28,472 nucleotides of DNA, from positions 1 through 28,472 of the IMG/VR virus record IMGVR_UViG_3300020045_005201; one strand, written 5' to 3'. The notes beneath the pieces are model-generated. The model was not told the DNA's origin. It made no database searches and saw only the letters and a program-made list of their open reading frames with translations. The stretch is from a virus (lineage: Duplodnaviria; Caudoviricetes). The translations under genes were made by a program, and so were the position numbers. Below, piece after piece: positions 1-9,831 of this stretch; the stretch's first letter is position 1, and each line of letters begins with the position of its first letter.

Positions 1-8
1 TATCCATA

Positions 9-1094
9 TCACTCCGGCAAATCACTGAATTTTATTCTTTTAGGTGTTACTTTGTCGCCATCTGGCACATCTTCTACTGGAACGTCTTTATTATAAGTCT
101 TCCGGCTTAATATATTTTGTTGATGTTTTTTGTTGTTACGTATGCCCTTATTGGCAATAAGCTCTAATTTATCAATAACAGCTTCTGCGGCTCCTTTGGT
201 AGGGAACTTGCCGCCTACGATATCTACAAGAAACTCCCTATCCCCTTCAGAGAAGTTATTATTAGGCATGTCATATACAGTTTTAGCTAGAAGTGCTAAT
301 CCATTTTTTGAACTTTGCCAATTCACATAGGCCGGGTCGCTGGCTGCTTTTCCAACTCTACCAAACACAGGACCCGTCAATTTCGCCTTAGATAAAGCAT
401 CACGAGCTACTTCTGTATTAACAAGGAAGTTTTCGGCTCCTTCTATTTTAGTTTGTAAATCTGCATATGATTTAGCTCCCGCTCCCGCAAGCTTCTTGCC
501 TAACTCTTCTTCTGCTCCTGTACGTTTCATGCTTTTGTATTTAGCCTGATCCTCTGGTGTCATAGCATTAAACACATTCCATTCTTTAATTGATGCAGGA
601 ACGTCCCCTCCTTTTGCTGTATTAGCCGCATCGGCATTGAGCTTAGCAATCTTCGCCTTTTCTGACTGCACACTAAGCGGATTAATTCCTAACTCTGCCG
701 CATATTTCATAACTTTAGCTTGAGCGTTACGTGTGTTTACAGGCTCAGGATCTGCATGCAGCCTATCTGCAATACTTGCATATATCTTCGGATCTGCGCC
801 TGCAATATCTGTGATAGCTTTGTCTACAGCAGAAGCCTCCGCATCACCACGCGCTACCTGTTCTTTCATTTGTGCATATATGCCTGTTTCGGCGTTAATA
901 TTTGTTTGTTTCTGTGCATCGCCGAATTTCTTCATGGTTTCAAAATAGCTTGCACCTCCCCGATTTTGCGTTGTTAATGCTGAGGCTATATCCCTAAGAT
1001 CATCGCCTAATTTTGGCGTTGCTGCAGCCCGCATTGCTGCCATAATCCGGCTTTGTTGCCCTCTTAATGCATTCTCTGATATTGTACTTGTCAT
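9..1094 (-). CDS. Probable internal virion/ejection protein
   Basis: 361-aa Ala/Lys-rich helical protein downstream of the nozzle gene. AAGGA RBS upstream. Called from synteny only. Confidence 0.5.
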   Translation of the reverse strand: MTSTISENALRGQQSRIMAAMRAAATPKLGDDLRDIASALTTQNRGGASYFETMKKFGDAQKQTNINAETGIYAQMKEQVARGDAEASAVDKAITDIAGADPKIYASIADRLHADPEPVNTRNAQAKVMKYAAELGINPLSVQSEKAKIAKLNADAANTAKGGDVPASIKEWNVFNAMTPEDQAKYKSMKRTGAEEELGKKLAGAGAKSYADLQTKIEGAENFLVNTEVARDALSKAKLTGPVFGRVGKAASDPAYVNWQSSKNGLALLAKTVYDMPNNNFSEGDREFLVDIVGGKFPTKGAAEAVIDKLELIANKGIRNNKKHQQNILSRKTYNKDVPVEDVPDGDKVTPKRIKFSDLPE

Positions 1095-1107
1095 ATTAGT
1101 TCCTTAT

Positions 1108-1728
1108 TTATGCAAACATAGAAGCCATTGAACCCATTCCTCCAGCACCTCCCCCAGCACCCCCGGTGCTGCTTAACATAGCGAATATATTTGATAACGA
1201 TCCCCCACTACCAAGAGAATCCCCAGCCGATCCTAATATAGAAGATGTTCTGCCAGTATTGGCAAGTTGCCTATTTACCTGATTAGCAACCATTCCACCA
1301 TACCCGCTCGCCGAACTACCGTACTGGTTAGCTACTTCCATAATACGTTTTAATGCATTGGATCGTGCTGTATTAGCTGTGGTATCAGCCGCTCTGTTTA
1401 AAAATGTACTGATAGCCTCATCCTGCCTTTCTGGGTTGAAATATGTTTGCCTACCCATTAATTGCGCCCTACGATTTGCAGATAATAAATTAGACAATTG
1501 CTGCTGTATAGAATTATTGGTTTGCTGACTTTCCGAAGCAGTAAGATTCTTAAGTATAGGATCGTCCGGGTTAAGAAGCGCTTTTAATAGCCTCTCTTTA
1601 TTTGCCATGGCCTGCAATTGCATGGACTCTGCCGGTGTCTGCTGCTGTCCTTCCGCAGTATCACGCATAGCAGATAATGCACTTAAGCCCTGCAACCCCG
1701 CTGATAACATTGGTAAAAATTCTAACAT
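1108..1728 (-). CDS. Probable ejection/pilot protein
   Basis: 206 aa, Gln/Ala-rich with a Gly/Ser/Met-rich C-terminus and hydrophobic ends. Directly follows the nozzle gene, as in podoviruses. Confidence 0.5.
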   Translation of the reverse strand: MLEFLPMLSAGLQGLSALSAMRDTAEGQQQTPAESMQLQAMANKERLLKALLNPDDPILKNLTASESQQTNNSIQQQLSNLLSANRRAQLMGRQTYFNPERQDEAISTFLNRAADTTANTARSNALKRIMEVANQYGSSASGYGGMVANQVNRQLANTGRTSSILGSAGDSLGSGGSLSNIFAMLSSTGGAGGGAGGMGSMASMFA

Positions 1729-1731
1729 TAT

Positions 1732-3855
1732 TTATTTCCTCCCGAATATATTCCCATATATAGTATATGAGCTTAATATATCTACACCTACCGAAGTATC
1801 GGTTGTTATTGTGAATTGCGCCTGTTTTCCTCTCCATCTTAAAGGAAGTTTAGGATTTGTTATCCCATTTCCTTCCGATGAAAATACGATAGAACTCTGT
1901 GATAATTGCGAATAATCCCCGATTACTGACATAGTATACTCTATTGTTGCAGAAGTCTCAATAACGGGTCTTACATATCGTCCATCTTTTATAATAATAT
2001 CCGCATTGCTTTCTGCTTCCTGTAATGTATGCCATGGTGACGTATAAGTAGTTTGAATATTGGTACCATTATCTGTAAATACCCCACTAACGTCAAAAGT
2101 ATAAACTCTTCCTGTCGCATCCGCTGTTATTAAATCTCCGGCCCTGGTGACTAGGAAGGCCGTTTGCTGCGCTAATAATCCTGTGAATTTTGTAAAAGTA
2201 CCTACAGGATTGTATTTTCCATTGGTGAAGATTGGGGTATAATTATAATTATATATTACATCTCCTATTTTCATCATTACCCAATTCCGGCGAGGGTAAT
2301 GAACTAACTGCACTGCTGCCGCAGATGTATTTTGTAATGCGTTAATCAGTTCTGATTTTATCTGTTCTGATTTGTTATTCGTAGTCGTATTCTTACTATC
2401 GAATGCAGCAAGGAACGAACGCATACCGTCATTGCCGATATATAACATTTCATTTCCGGTGCTTTGTAAGCCTTGCGGACTAAACACACCTTGTGGAAAT
2501 AAACCTACAGGATCAAGGTCAATAACATCTGCAGTTACATCTGCTATAGGATTAGTACCGTCTGTAACAAATAATCCGGCTTTGCCACCGACCACAAGAT
2601 AACGTTGGAACGTATTCATTGTCAGGAGAATATCGCCTTTTGGCTGTCTTGCTCCATAATCAATAGTATTGCTGCTTAATGTTTTACTAAAGGTGGTAAA
2701 ATCCTCTGGATCATTAGGTCCAGAAACACGGATTTTAGTAGGATCGCGCGCATCGATAAGATGCAGTCTTCCATAGTGTACGTGTGGATATGCGGCTATA
2801 GGAAGCGCATCCTTAAAAAAAACAAGACTATCTCCGCTGGTTTGACCATTAATACCATTACTCATTCCTATATTAGATGTAACTGTTGATACTATATCAA
2901 CAGCGCCTCTAGTTGTATTATAAACATAATCACCTCTTTTTATTTCAGTAGTAGAAAAATTCAGAGCAGTAACAGAAACAGCTAATGCACTAGTAGCTTG
3001 CCCTCCTGTGGCTATATTATCATAAATTATATAATCGGGTGACTGCACTATAGGTATAATATTAAGCTCTACAAGATCAACAACACGATAAGCGCTTCCG
3101 GTTCCAAGATTACCATTTGGACTAAACCCGTAACCAGTTCCAGCGCTACCTATAACACTAATATCAAGGGCACTAGTTCCCACACTAGTAATAATTGCAC
3201 CACTTTCACTAAATGTTAGATTAGGAGCAGAAGGATTTTGATAAACAATTACTAAATCATTTACTGCAACGTTTGTTTGAGTCCTCCAATTACTAACATT
3301 ACTATCATACAGTAAGGCATTAGTTGTGCCGGTGCCAGTACCGCCTTTTATTATAGTCGAATATAGTAGTTTAGCATAAGCGCCATTAATAGCGTCTGTG
3401 GGTTTATCAATATAAAAATTTTTATTAATTCCATTGCAAAATATTAGACTATTATTCATTTGGACGCTAAATATCTTAGAATCTTTATCTAATCTACCGT
3501 TAAAACCTGCCGTAGCAATGGCTTGCCAATCTGCACTAACAGAATTATAGCGCCAAATAGCACCAACCGATACATTCGAGAATCCTCCTGTATCATATCG
3601 ACCACTAGCATATAATGTACTATTGCCACTAGAATCTATATGTTCATGTAAGTTTTTTATAACTGCAAGCCCAGATGTGCCATTATAAGTTGTTATTGTA
3701 GACCCTAACTGCTGCATTCCCCTTCTTTTCTCTAAATCACCTAGCGAATTATAAAAACGGTTTATAATATTAGATGAGAACTCCAAAGGCTGTAATTTAT
3801 AAGAAGATTCGCTCCCATATCCTAACATTGCTGGTTTATATTTTACTATTTGCAT
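1732..3855 (-). CDS. Tail nozzle / packaged-DNA stabilization protein (T7 gp12 / P22 gp10-like)
   Basis: 707-aa beta-rich protein. N-terminal 'NRFYNSLGDLEKRRG', later 'HYGRL', 'SGPNDPEDF' and a C-terminal 'RWRGKQAQFTI' strand. Follows the adaptor gene. Confidence 0.7.
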   Translation of the reverse strand: MQIVKYKPAMLGYGSESSYKLQPLEFSSNIINRFYNSLGDLEKRRGMQQLGSTITTYNGTSGLAVIKNLHEHIDSSGNSTLYASGRYDTGGFSNVSVGAIWRYNSVSADWQAIATAGFNGRLDKDSKIFSVQMNNSLIFCNGINKNFYIDKPTDAINGAYAKLLYSTIIKGGTGTGTTNALLYDSNVSNWRTQTNVAVNDLVIVYQNPSAPNLTFSESGAIITSVGTSALDISVIGSAGTGYGFSPNGNLGTGSAYRVVDLVELNIIPIVQSPDYIIYDNIATGGQATSALAVSVTALNFSTTEIKRGDYVYNTTRGAVDIVSTVTSNIGMSNGINGQTSGDSLVFFKDALPIAAYPHVHYGRLHLIDARDPTKIRVSGPNDPEDFTTFSKTLSSNTIDYGARQPKGDILLTMNTFQRYLVVGGKAGLFVTDGTNPIADVTADVIDLDPVGLFPQGVFSPQGLQSTGNEMLYIGNDGMRSFLAAFDSKNTTTNNKSEQIKSELINALQNTSAAAVQLVHYPRRNWVMMKIGDVIYNYNYTPIFTNGKYNPVGTFTKFTGLLAQQTAFLVTRAGDLITADATGRVYTFDVSGVFTDNGTNIQTTYTSPWHTLQEAESNADIIIKDGRYVRPVIETSATIEYTMSVIGDYSQLSQSSIVFSSEGNGITNPKLPLRWRGKQAQFTITTDTSVGVDILSSYTIYGNIFGRK

Positions 3856-4574
3856 TAGCGCCTACCTCTACCACGGGATGGCACAAAATACGTATCACTA
3901 CCAGTATCGCCATTGTAACGATTGAAAGTTTCACCTACAAATTTCTTAAATATAGCATATTCTTCTTGCCATTGTGGTGATTGCATGCCTCTTTCTTCAT
4001 CCCTAAGACAATATGCAAGCAATCCCTGCACTACCATCCTTGAAGGGAATTCTGGTATTGATGATGTATCTGCGGTTGTTATAATTGCGGGTTTCTTATA
4101 ATAGGCCAAATTAAAATTGGCGCTTGCCTGGGCAGTAGTAGGTGTAGGAAATACCCTTACTATTGGATTGCCAGTTGTTACGTTATCTACACCAACAAAA
4201 GCATATTGTGTAGGAACACCGAAAGAATGTGAGCGATTTAATCTCCTGATATCATCAAGAGTAACAAGCCGCATTGGCGCAATTTGGCTTCCAAACTGTA
4301 TTTCATGGATGCTTTTTGTGGCTACGGAAGTGTCAAAAACCCAATCTGAAGTGCTGGAATTTGCAGTAACAAAGGCAAAAGCTTCTTCACGATACATTTC
4401 CTGCCAATCGCCAAAATCTGATATTTCGGCAAGTACGTCATTCATGTAATCTATCATCGCCATGCTGAGCGTGTCAGAATTAAGCGCTACTACTTCACCT
4501 ACACCTAATTTACGGCGTACTTCATTAAATATCTGGATATATGTCTTTCTGGTATCTGATAACAAAGAACCCAT
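3855..4574 (-). CDS. Head-tail adaptor (tail tubular protein A-like)
   Basis: 'TYIQIFNEVRRKLG...MIDYMND...DW', 'GVPTQY', 'VRVFPTP' and a C-terminal helix. Lies just upstream of the nozzle gene. Confidence 0.7.
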   Translation of the reverse strand: MGSLLSDTRKTYIQIFNEVRRKLGVGEVVALNSDTLSMAMIDYMNDVLAEISDFGDWQEMYREEAFAFVTANSSTSDWVFDTSVATKSIHEIQFGSQIAPMRLVTLDDIRRLNRSHSFGVPTQYAFVGVDNVTTGNPIVRVFPTPTTAQASANFNLAYYKKPAIITTADTSSIPEFPSRMVVQGLLAYCLRDEERGMQSPQWQEEYAIFKKFVGETFNRYNGDTGSDTYFVPSRGRGRR

Positions 4575-4583
4575 GGCGCCCCC

Positions 4584-4868
4584 TTAGAATAAATGTGAAG
4601 CAGGAGATGGTTTTGCAGTTACTGAGGTGTTACCTACAAAAGTAGGAGCAGATACGGATACAGTAAAATCCTGGAGGCCAGGATTAGAAAACGGAACAGG
4701 CTTAGGATCATCTGAAGGTCTTATAAAATCCTGTGGCTGTTCATGATCTGCATATCTTTTAGTAATCATCTGGCCAGAGTAATCTTTCTTTACTTGGCCG
4801 GAATAACGCGTCATTCCACTTTCTGAATCTATTATTAAGAACTGTCCTTTTTTCCATCCATTCCGCAT
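4584..4868 (-). CDS. Conserved phage structural-region protein
   Basis: 94 aa, 'IIDSESG...EQPQDFIR' pattern. Tightly coupled to neighbouring genes. Confidence 0.6.
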   Translation of the reverse strand: MRNGWKKGQFLIIDSESGMTRYSGQVKKDYSGQMITKRYADHEQPQDFIRPSDDPKPVPFSNPGLQDFTVSVSAPTFVGNTSVTAKPSPASHLF

Positions 4869-5213
4869 TTATACATACCCTACAAATGTTGCTGCTCCCC
4901 CCGCTCCTACTTTCTGTAATTTTACCCTTGTAAAGGCTCCTTGCAACACACAGCTATTATAAGTACCATTAGCACTTGTCCAAACTGTTGCAGTTGCCGT
5001 TACTACTATTGAAGTCAAAGGGCTTCCATCATTACCAAATTGTGGCACAACTGTTTCAAGCAATACCATAACCTGATCGCCTAGATCCGCCCTCGTACCA
5101 GAAATAGACCGTAGCCGATCTTCGTCATAGGCCACATCAATCGGAGTAAGCCCATACGTACCTGCAGAAGTTGCCGCATTCATAAATAGTACTGGTGTTA
5201 ATTTAGTAGGCAT
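4869..5213 (-). CDS. Hypothetical virion protein
   Basis: 114-aa Thr/Val/Gly-rich beta protein in the structural operon. Confidence 0.6.
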   Translation of the reverse strand: MPTKLTPVLFMNAATSAGTYGLTPIDVAYDEDRLRSISGTRADLGDQVMVLLETVVPQFGNDGSPLTSIVVTATATVWTSANGTYNSCVLQGAFTRVKLQKVGAGGAATFVGYV

Positions 5214-5214
5214 G

Positions 5215-5637
5215 TTAACTCCTTATACCACCAATTATAGTAACATTCACTTGAAAACCTGTTATATCAGCCGCAGAAGCCGCAACAGAGGCCGTAACTT
5301 TAACAACAACAGTTTTAGCACTTACTGCCGATTCTGTAAGCGTTGCCTCATATACACCAAGTGCAGATATCGCGTTAGCTGTGCCGTAAAGTCCATCAGT
5401 TGTGGCATTTCCTATCTGCATTTTAACGCCCTGTGCAATGCCGCTTACTTTCTCGGTTACAAATCCATTAGCAGAATGCAAGAAAGAGTTATCTGGCAAT
5501 GTAAAGGTTTTATTCCTGTTGCCAGCCGATACCGTAACTTCTTTGATCCATGTTGTTCCAACTCTTGTATCCAAAGTTGTCCCTAGGCCATTATCTGGAC
5601 CACCCTGTAATACGGTTGTAAATGTAGTGTTAGCCAT
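5215..5637 (-). CDS. Hypothetical virion (decoration/spike-like) protein
   Basis: 140-aa Thr/Ala-rich protein starting 'MANTTF', directly after the capsid gene. AAGGA RBS. Confidence 0.6.
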   Translation of the reverse strand: MANTTFTTVLQGGPDNGLGTTLDTRVGTTWIKEVTVSAGNRNKTFTLPDNSFLHSANGFVTEKVSGIAQGVKMQIGNATTDGLYGTANAISALGVYEATLTESAVSAKTVVVKVTASVAASAADITGFQVNVTIIGGIRS

Positions 5638-5655
5638 TTTGATATCCTTATATTA

Positions 5656-5680
5656 AGAGGGAAGATTTTACCTCCCCTCT
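5656..5680 (-). terminator. Stem-loop after the major capsid gene (weak terminator or mRNA-stabilising hairpin)
   Basis: AGAGGGGAGG-TAAAA-TCTTCCCTCT: 10-bp stem with 2 G-U pairs and no U-tract. Confidence 0.5.
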
Positions 5681-5700
5681 GAAATTATATAATAATTGCA

Positions 5701-6600
5701 TCAGGCACCAAATGACCCGTATAAACAGCGGAAATCATCAAATCCTGTAGAAAATCTTGTAGATGTTTTTATCTTAAGATTATCTGTAGCAAAATCATTG
5801 TCACGCTGTATCTGGGCTGGCCGTCTACGGAAAAACTTCAACTGTGAAGGATTATTGGTTTTTAAGAACCAAGCATCCTGATCTGTAATAAAGTTAGTCG
5901 TTACAGGCTTAATGCTCATATTAGAAACTATATTAACATCATTATTTCCAGTTCCAGTCTCGTACTGAGTTTCAAGAATCTTACGTACAGTAAAGAAATA
6001 CGACCTACCTGTTATAATTTTCTCCACATCAATATTTAACCTTAATCCTTGATCATCCCGGAAGTCTTTAACATCAATAATACCCTGTTCGAGTGTTGTC
6101 TGTGTCAAATCCGATGCGGTGGCGGGTTGGTTAGATTGTGTTCCTCCCGTACCAACAAGTGGATGCGAGGCGCTTATTAGGGTTGTTCCATCCGGTCCAG
6201 TGGTAGTTGCGGCATTGTTTATAATGTTAGTTGCAACAATTTCCTCTGTTTGCCTCATAGATTCTGCAAGCAGCCTAGGAATCTGGTTTATCTGATTATA
6301 TAAATCATCTTCAACCATTTCCTGGGTTACAACGCCACCTATAGAATAGGTAAGATGTAAATATTCCTGCTGGAAGCCCTGGAACATCTGTGAAAACACC
6401 GCTTCATTACCCTGTTCTTTAACTGCTGCTAAAGGAAAGCCAGTAATTCCCTGTGTTTTTTCAAATGCCTGTTTACTTGTCATTACATCCATAAACTCAG
6501 TATACATTGTTGGATGCATGTCGTACCTGGTACCATAAATTTCTTTAATACCAGGCCATAATAGTTCGGCAAAATTGCCGGTTGTCATTACTTGTGCCAT
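5701..6600 (-). CDS. Major capsid protein
   Basis: 299 aa. 'FAELLWPGI', 'VTQEMVEDDLY', 'DGTTLISASHP', 'TDQDAWFL' and 'DFRCLYGSFGA' are typical of Mu gpT-like HK97-fold capsids. Strong AAGGAG RBS, followed by a hairpin. Confidence 0.85.
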   Translation of the reverse strand: MAQVMTTGNFAELLWPGIKEIYGTRYDMHPTMYTEFMDVMTSKQAFEKTQGITGFPLAAVKEQGNEAVFSQMFQGFQQEYLHLTYSIGGVVTQEMVEDDLYNQINQIPRLLAESMRQTEEIVATNIINNAATTTGPDGTTLISASHPLVGTGGTQSNQPATASDLTQTTLEQGIIDVKDFRDDQGLRLNIDVEKIITGRSYFFTVRKILETQYETGTGNNDVNIVSNMSIKPVTTNFITDQDAWFLKTNNPSQLKFFRRRPAQIQRDNDFATDNLKIKTSTRFSTGFDDFRCLYGSFGA

Positions 6601-6613
6601 AGTTAATTACTCC

Positions 6614-7213
6614 TTATATACCGGCATTGTTAACGCCAAATGCTGCGGCGTTTATTCTTACTTCCACGACACCTTTACCATTGGCATCACCATATTCACT
6701 TGCATAACCATTTATCAGGTCAGTTGGTGCGAGTCCAACGATCTGGAACTGCCCATCCGCAGAAGTAGTAGTAGCTTTTTTAAGTGAATATCCACTGCGT
6801 CCTGCCGCCGTTACTGGTGTGCCTGCGCTTACAAAAGCATTGGCCCCGATAAGTGCTGCGGATGCAGTAACGTCAATAGTGGCAAGATAAGTCTGATATG
6901 GATCGGTACAAACCGACACAAAACCAGCCTGACTTGCTGCCAAGTAGTTACCCGTGCTTGGTAAGTTAAAAGTTAAAGGTGCTGGCTGTCCTGCGGTATT
7001 CGATTTAAAAATACCCATTACAATTCCAAAAATGTTAGTAGACGCAGCGGAAACGGTATCCACTTTGCCAGTTGTTTTTAGAGTTACCGGATCGCCTATA
7101 AAGTATGTAGTTCCTGCAGACGCGGTAACTTCCTTAGTCACCAGTACAGGATTACCACCATTTAGGGAACGTGCACCAACAAAACCTCTTATAGTCTGTG
7201 CTGTAGCAACCAT
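6614..7213 (-). CDS. Probable capsid cement/minor head protein
   Basis: 199-aa Ala/Thr/Gly-rich protein ('YFIGDPV', 'V.VRIN') immediately upstream of the capsid gene. Confidence 0.6.
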   Translation of the reverse strand: MVATAQTIRGFVGARSLNGGNPVLVTKEVTASAGTTYFIGDPVTLKTTGKVDTVSAASTNIFGIVMGIFKSNTAGQPAPLTFNLPSTGNYLAASQAGFVSVCTDPYQTYLATIDVTASAALIGANAFVSAGTPVTAAGRSGYSLKKATTTSADGQFQIVGLAPTDLINGYASEYGDANGKGVVEVRINAAAFGVNNAGI

Positions 7214-7224
7214 TTGTTATTCTC

Positions 7225-7737
7225 CTAGTTAATTTCCATTGTTGTTTTTATTTTTGCGGCCCTTATAAGAGCCGTATTACCTTCTTCAGGTTTTAGCTTG
7301 CTTCTTGTCTGCTTTTCTGTTTCTGCCCTATGATATTCATCCCTGGCTATTGCCAATTCTTCTGGAATTAACATAGCAACCAGTTCATTATGAGTTATTG
7401 AGCTTTCTTTTTTAGAAGTTGGCGAATCGTTAAGTTTCTTGTAATAATTACCCATCTGCACATCCATATTATGCTCTATACGATTAGCTGGTATCCAGCC
7501 TTCATATTGCAATCTACGGACATTTTCGGGTGTATTATGCTTCCAAGCGACTCTAAACCCTTCCGGACATTCCAACTTAGGAACACGCCTTGCTGGTATA
7601 AATTCAACAGGCTGGCCTTTTTTCTTTTCTGCTGGTGTCTTTTCTGCTTTTTTGGACTTTGCGAGCTTCTCTTCGATTAAAAGCTGTTCCATAATTTCAA
7701 TCTCAGCATCTCGCTCTCTATCTCTTATTGTACTCAT
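7225..7737 (-). CDS. Conserved head-module hypothetical protein
   Basis: 170 aa, 'PEGFRVAW...YEGW...LVAMLIPEE...RDEYH'. Sits between scaffold and capsid genes. AAGGAG RBS. Confidence 0.65.
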   Translation of the reverse strand: MSTIRDRERDAEIEIMEQLLIEEKLAKSKKAEKTPAEKKKGQPVEFIPARRVPKLECPEGFRVAWKHNTPENVRRLQYEGWIPANRIEHNMDVQMGNYYKKLNDSPTSKKESSITHNELVAMLIPEELAIARDEYHRAETEKQTRSKLKPEEGNTALIRAAKIKTTMEIN

Positions 7738-7765
7738 TTTTTTGCTCCTTGCAAACGTGGGTTAT

Positions 7766-8707
7766 TTAACTATTAATTAGTTGTTTTTGTCTTGCATACC
7801 GTTCTGGGGTAATGCCCATATTTTTAGCAACATTAATTTCTGCCTGGGTTAGCCTAACTACAGTTCTGGGCGCGGCCTCATTATCATCCCCGCTAAGTAC
7901 AGAATATTGTTGCTTGGGTTTTTTACCCCGTATTCTTTCGTCAAGAACATCCATGATAGTTTTTATATCCGCCTGCTTTCCAGCCGCCGCAAATTCTTTC
8001 GGGATGCTTTCAAATAGTTCCAATGCTTTCGCATTATCAGGATGGTTATTAAATAAATAGCCTCTGATCGGACTTCCAGAAGCATCTTTCTCTTGCCCAA
8101 GCACTTCCAGATAAGCCGCGTTCCGTAAATACTGCGCTTCAAATTGCTGTTGTTGAGGATCAACTTTTGGAGGTGCCTTTGGTTCTGGTTTTGGCATCTT
8201 ATCAGCAAGACGCCTTTCCACACGAAGATCTAGTAATTTATCTTCTATGGTTTCAATAGCATCATAATCATTTTCTTCACGCGCCGTCCTTAGGGCAGCC
8301 TTAAGTTCCGTTTCTACTTTATTACTAGCGGTATCCTGGGTATTGCGTTCTAACTTTGAAAGTTTATCCTGATATTCCGCAAGCTTTTCTTCCATAATCC
8401 TGTTGTGCTCAAGAATCATCTGGTTCCGAGAATCAGATTTTTTTACTTGGCCATATAGATCATTAATACGCTCTATAACCTTTGGATCATCTGTTTTTAC
8501 AAACTCCGACCTACGAGGCTCTTTTGCGGGTTCTTTGGGTTGGGGGGAATCAATAACAACATCTACATCGGGTGCGTGTTCTGAAATAACCTCAACTGTC
8601 GGATCGTCATTTTTAATCTGGGATTTTAGATTTTTAATTGCATCGCCGAGTTTGTTTTCGGCTGAATCAATGCTCTTTTGCGCTTCTGGGCTATATATAT
8701 TACTCAT
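7766..8707 (-). CDS. Capsid scaffolding protein (probable)
   Basis: 313-aa charged coiled coil ('RINDL') ending 'VRLTQAEINVAKNMGITPERYARQK'. Confidence 0.7.
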   Translation of the reverse strand: MSNIYSPEAQKSIDSAENKLGDAIKNLKSQIKNDDPTVEVISEHAPDVDVVIDSPQPKEPAKEPRRSEFVKTDDPKVIERINDLYGQVKKSDSRNQMILEHNRIMEEKLAEYQDKLSKLERNTQDTASNKVETELKAALRTAREENDYDAIETIEDKLLDLRVERRLADKMPKPEPKAPPKVDPQQQQFEAQYLRNAAYLEVLGQEKDASGSPIRGYLFNNHPDNAKALELFESIPKEFAAAGKQADIKTIMDVLDERIRGKKPKQQYSVLSGDDNEAAPRTVVRLTQAEINVAKNMGITPERYARQKQLINS

Positions 8708-8981
8708 ATATCACCCCCAGTAAATCTTCGTCCTGGCACATGAAATATTCTTCGTCTTTAATTTTTATCCATGCACCTGAATATTTGGCAAACATTACTT
8801 TTTTGCCCTCCAGGCCTTGTAACGCCTCGTCCGCAGTGTGACCTATTGCTACTATTATTCCTTCTTCTGGGTTATATTTATTAGCTGCGGAATCAGGTAT
8901 AATTATAGAACCTATTTTATCTCTTTTCTCCCGTCTTAGTAATACACGCGCAAATAATGGCGTGAATGGTATCTTACTCAT
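8700..8981 (-). CDS. groES: Co-chaperonin GroES (Cpn10)
   Basis: 'PLFARVLL', 'GSIIIPDSA' mobile loop, 'GIIVAIG', 'VMFAKYSG', 'EDLLGVI'. Confidence 0.9.
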   Translation of the reverse strand: MSKIPFTPLFARVLLRREKRDKIGSIIIPDSAANKYNPEEGIIVAIGHTADEALQGLEGKKVMFAKYSGAWIKIKDEEYFMCQDEDLLGVIYE

Positions 8982-9030
8982 TGCTTTTCCTCTATTAATG
9001 ATTTAAACTTACCTACAAGGAACCACCTCG

Positions 9031-9055
9031 AGGCCGTCATTAATAGTGGCGGCCT
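9031..9055 (-). other. Stem-loop between the 256-aa gene and groES
   Basis: AGGCCGCCA-CTATTAA-TGACGGCCT (8 of 9 pairs) right at the stop codon, no U-tract. Confidence 0.4.
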
Positions 9056-9825
9056 TAACTTTGTAAGGCCTGGAAGAAGTCAGTTGTATTGTCCGTTGGA
9101 AGCCCCAAACGTGATAAATAATTTCTTTCAATTGGCAATAAAGCCGAGTTCATATTTCCTAGTTGACCAGATTCATCAATTAAATTTCTTTTGAGTAAAC
9201 CAAGGTAATAATTTTTATCTTCATCTCCTAAACCACCGCCCATTGAGCCTTGTGTGGCTAAATAACTGCGCTGTTGTGTTGGATCTAGCGAACCAAACGT
9301 TTGTCCGCCAATATCACGAGAGAATAAATCAAATGGCTTTGTTGGCTCCGCGCCTTGCTTTGGTTTAAATGGCTCATCTACTGAGCCAAGATTGGACGAA
9401 GGAAGTGTAGGCGCGGGCGCCGTCTGGGATGGAGATTGTCCAGTTAAATTACTAATTATAGGTGCGGCTATTTGTCCGGCTATTGTTCCACTAGTGGCCA
9501 AGCTATTTGTTAATGTTCCTAGTGGGTTACTTGTGGCCTGACTGATCTGCTTAACAGGGTTACTAAAGAAATTTCTTAAACCTTTGAAAAAAAACTCTGG
9601 CGCCCCAGTTTCCGGATTATAATTTTCATAACCAGATCCAGCTATATGACCTCGATAATCAGCCCGATTATCTTGCATTGCTTTTTTAAACTTAGTAAGG
9701 AACTCTGGATTTTCCAATATAATATCACGAGGAATAACTACATCCCCCGGAGAAAGATGTGCCATCATGGCATCGCCACCGCGACCCATTGCACCCATCA
9801 TATTTGTAAGCATTCCTGTGTTCAT
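9055..9825 (-). CDS. Hypothetical virion-associated protein
   Basis: 256 aa with 'GRGGDAMMAHLSPGDVVIP' and 'NPETGAPEFF' motifs, which I recall from podovirus-like structural-region proteins. Confidence 0.6.
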   Translation of the reverse strand: MNTGMLTNMMGAMGRGGDAMMAHLSPGDVVIPRDIILENPEFLTKFKKAMQDNRADYRGHIAGSGYENYNPETGAPEFFFKGLRNFFSNPVKQISQATSNPLGTLTNSLATSGTIAGQIAAPIISNLTGQSPSQTAPAPTLPSSNLGSVDEPFKPKQGAEPTKPFDLFSRDIGGQTFGSLDPTQQRSYLATQGSMGGGLGDEDKNYYLGLLKRNLIDESGQLGNMNSALLPIERNYLSRLGLPTDNTTDFFQALQS

Positions 9826-9831
9826 AAGCTT

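Noticed and set aside
7963-8223. 86-aa alternate-frame ORF inside the scaffold gene (likewise 17909..18151 and the 5' part of 25817..26128)
   Set aside because: No convincing RBS or motifs noticed, unlike the nested ORFs in portal and dcm.
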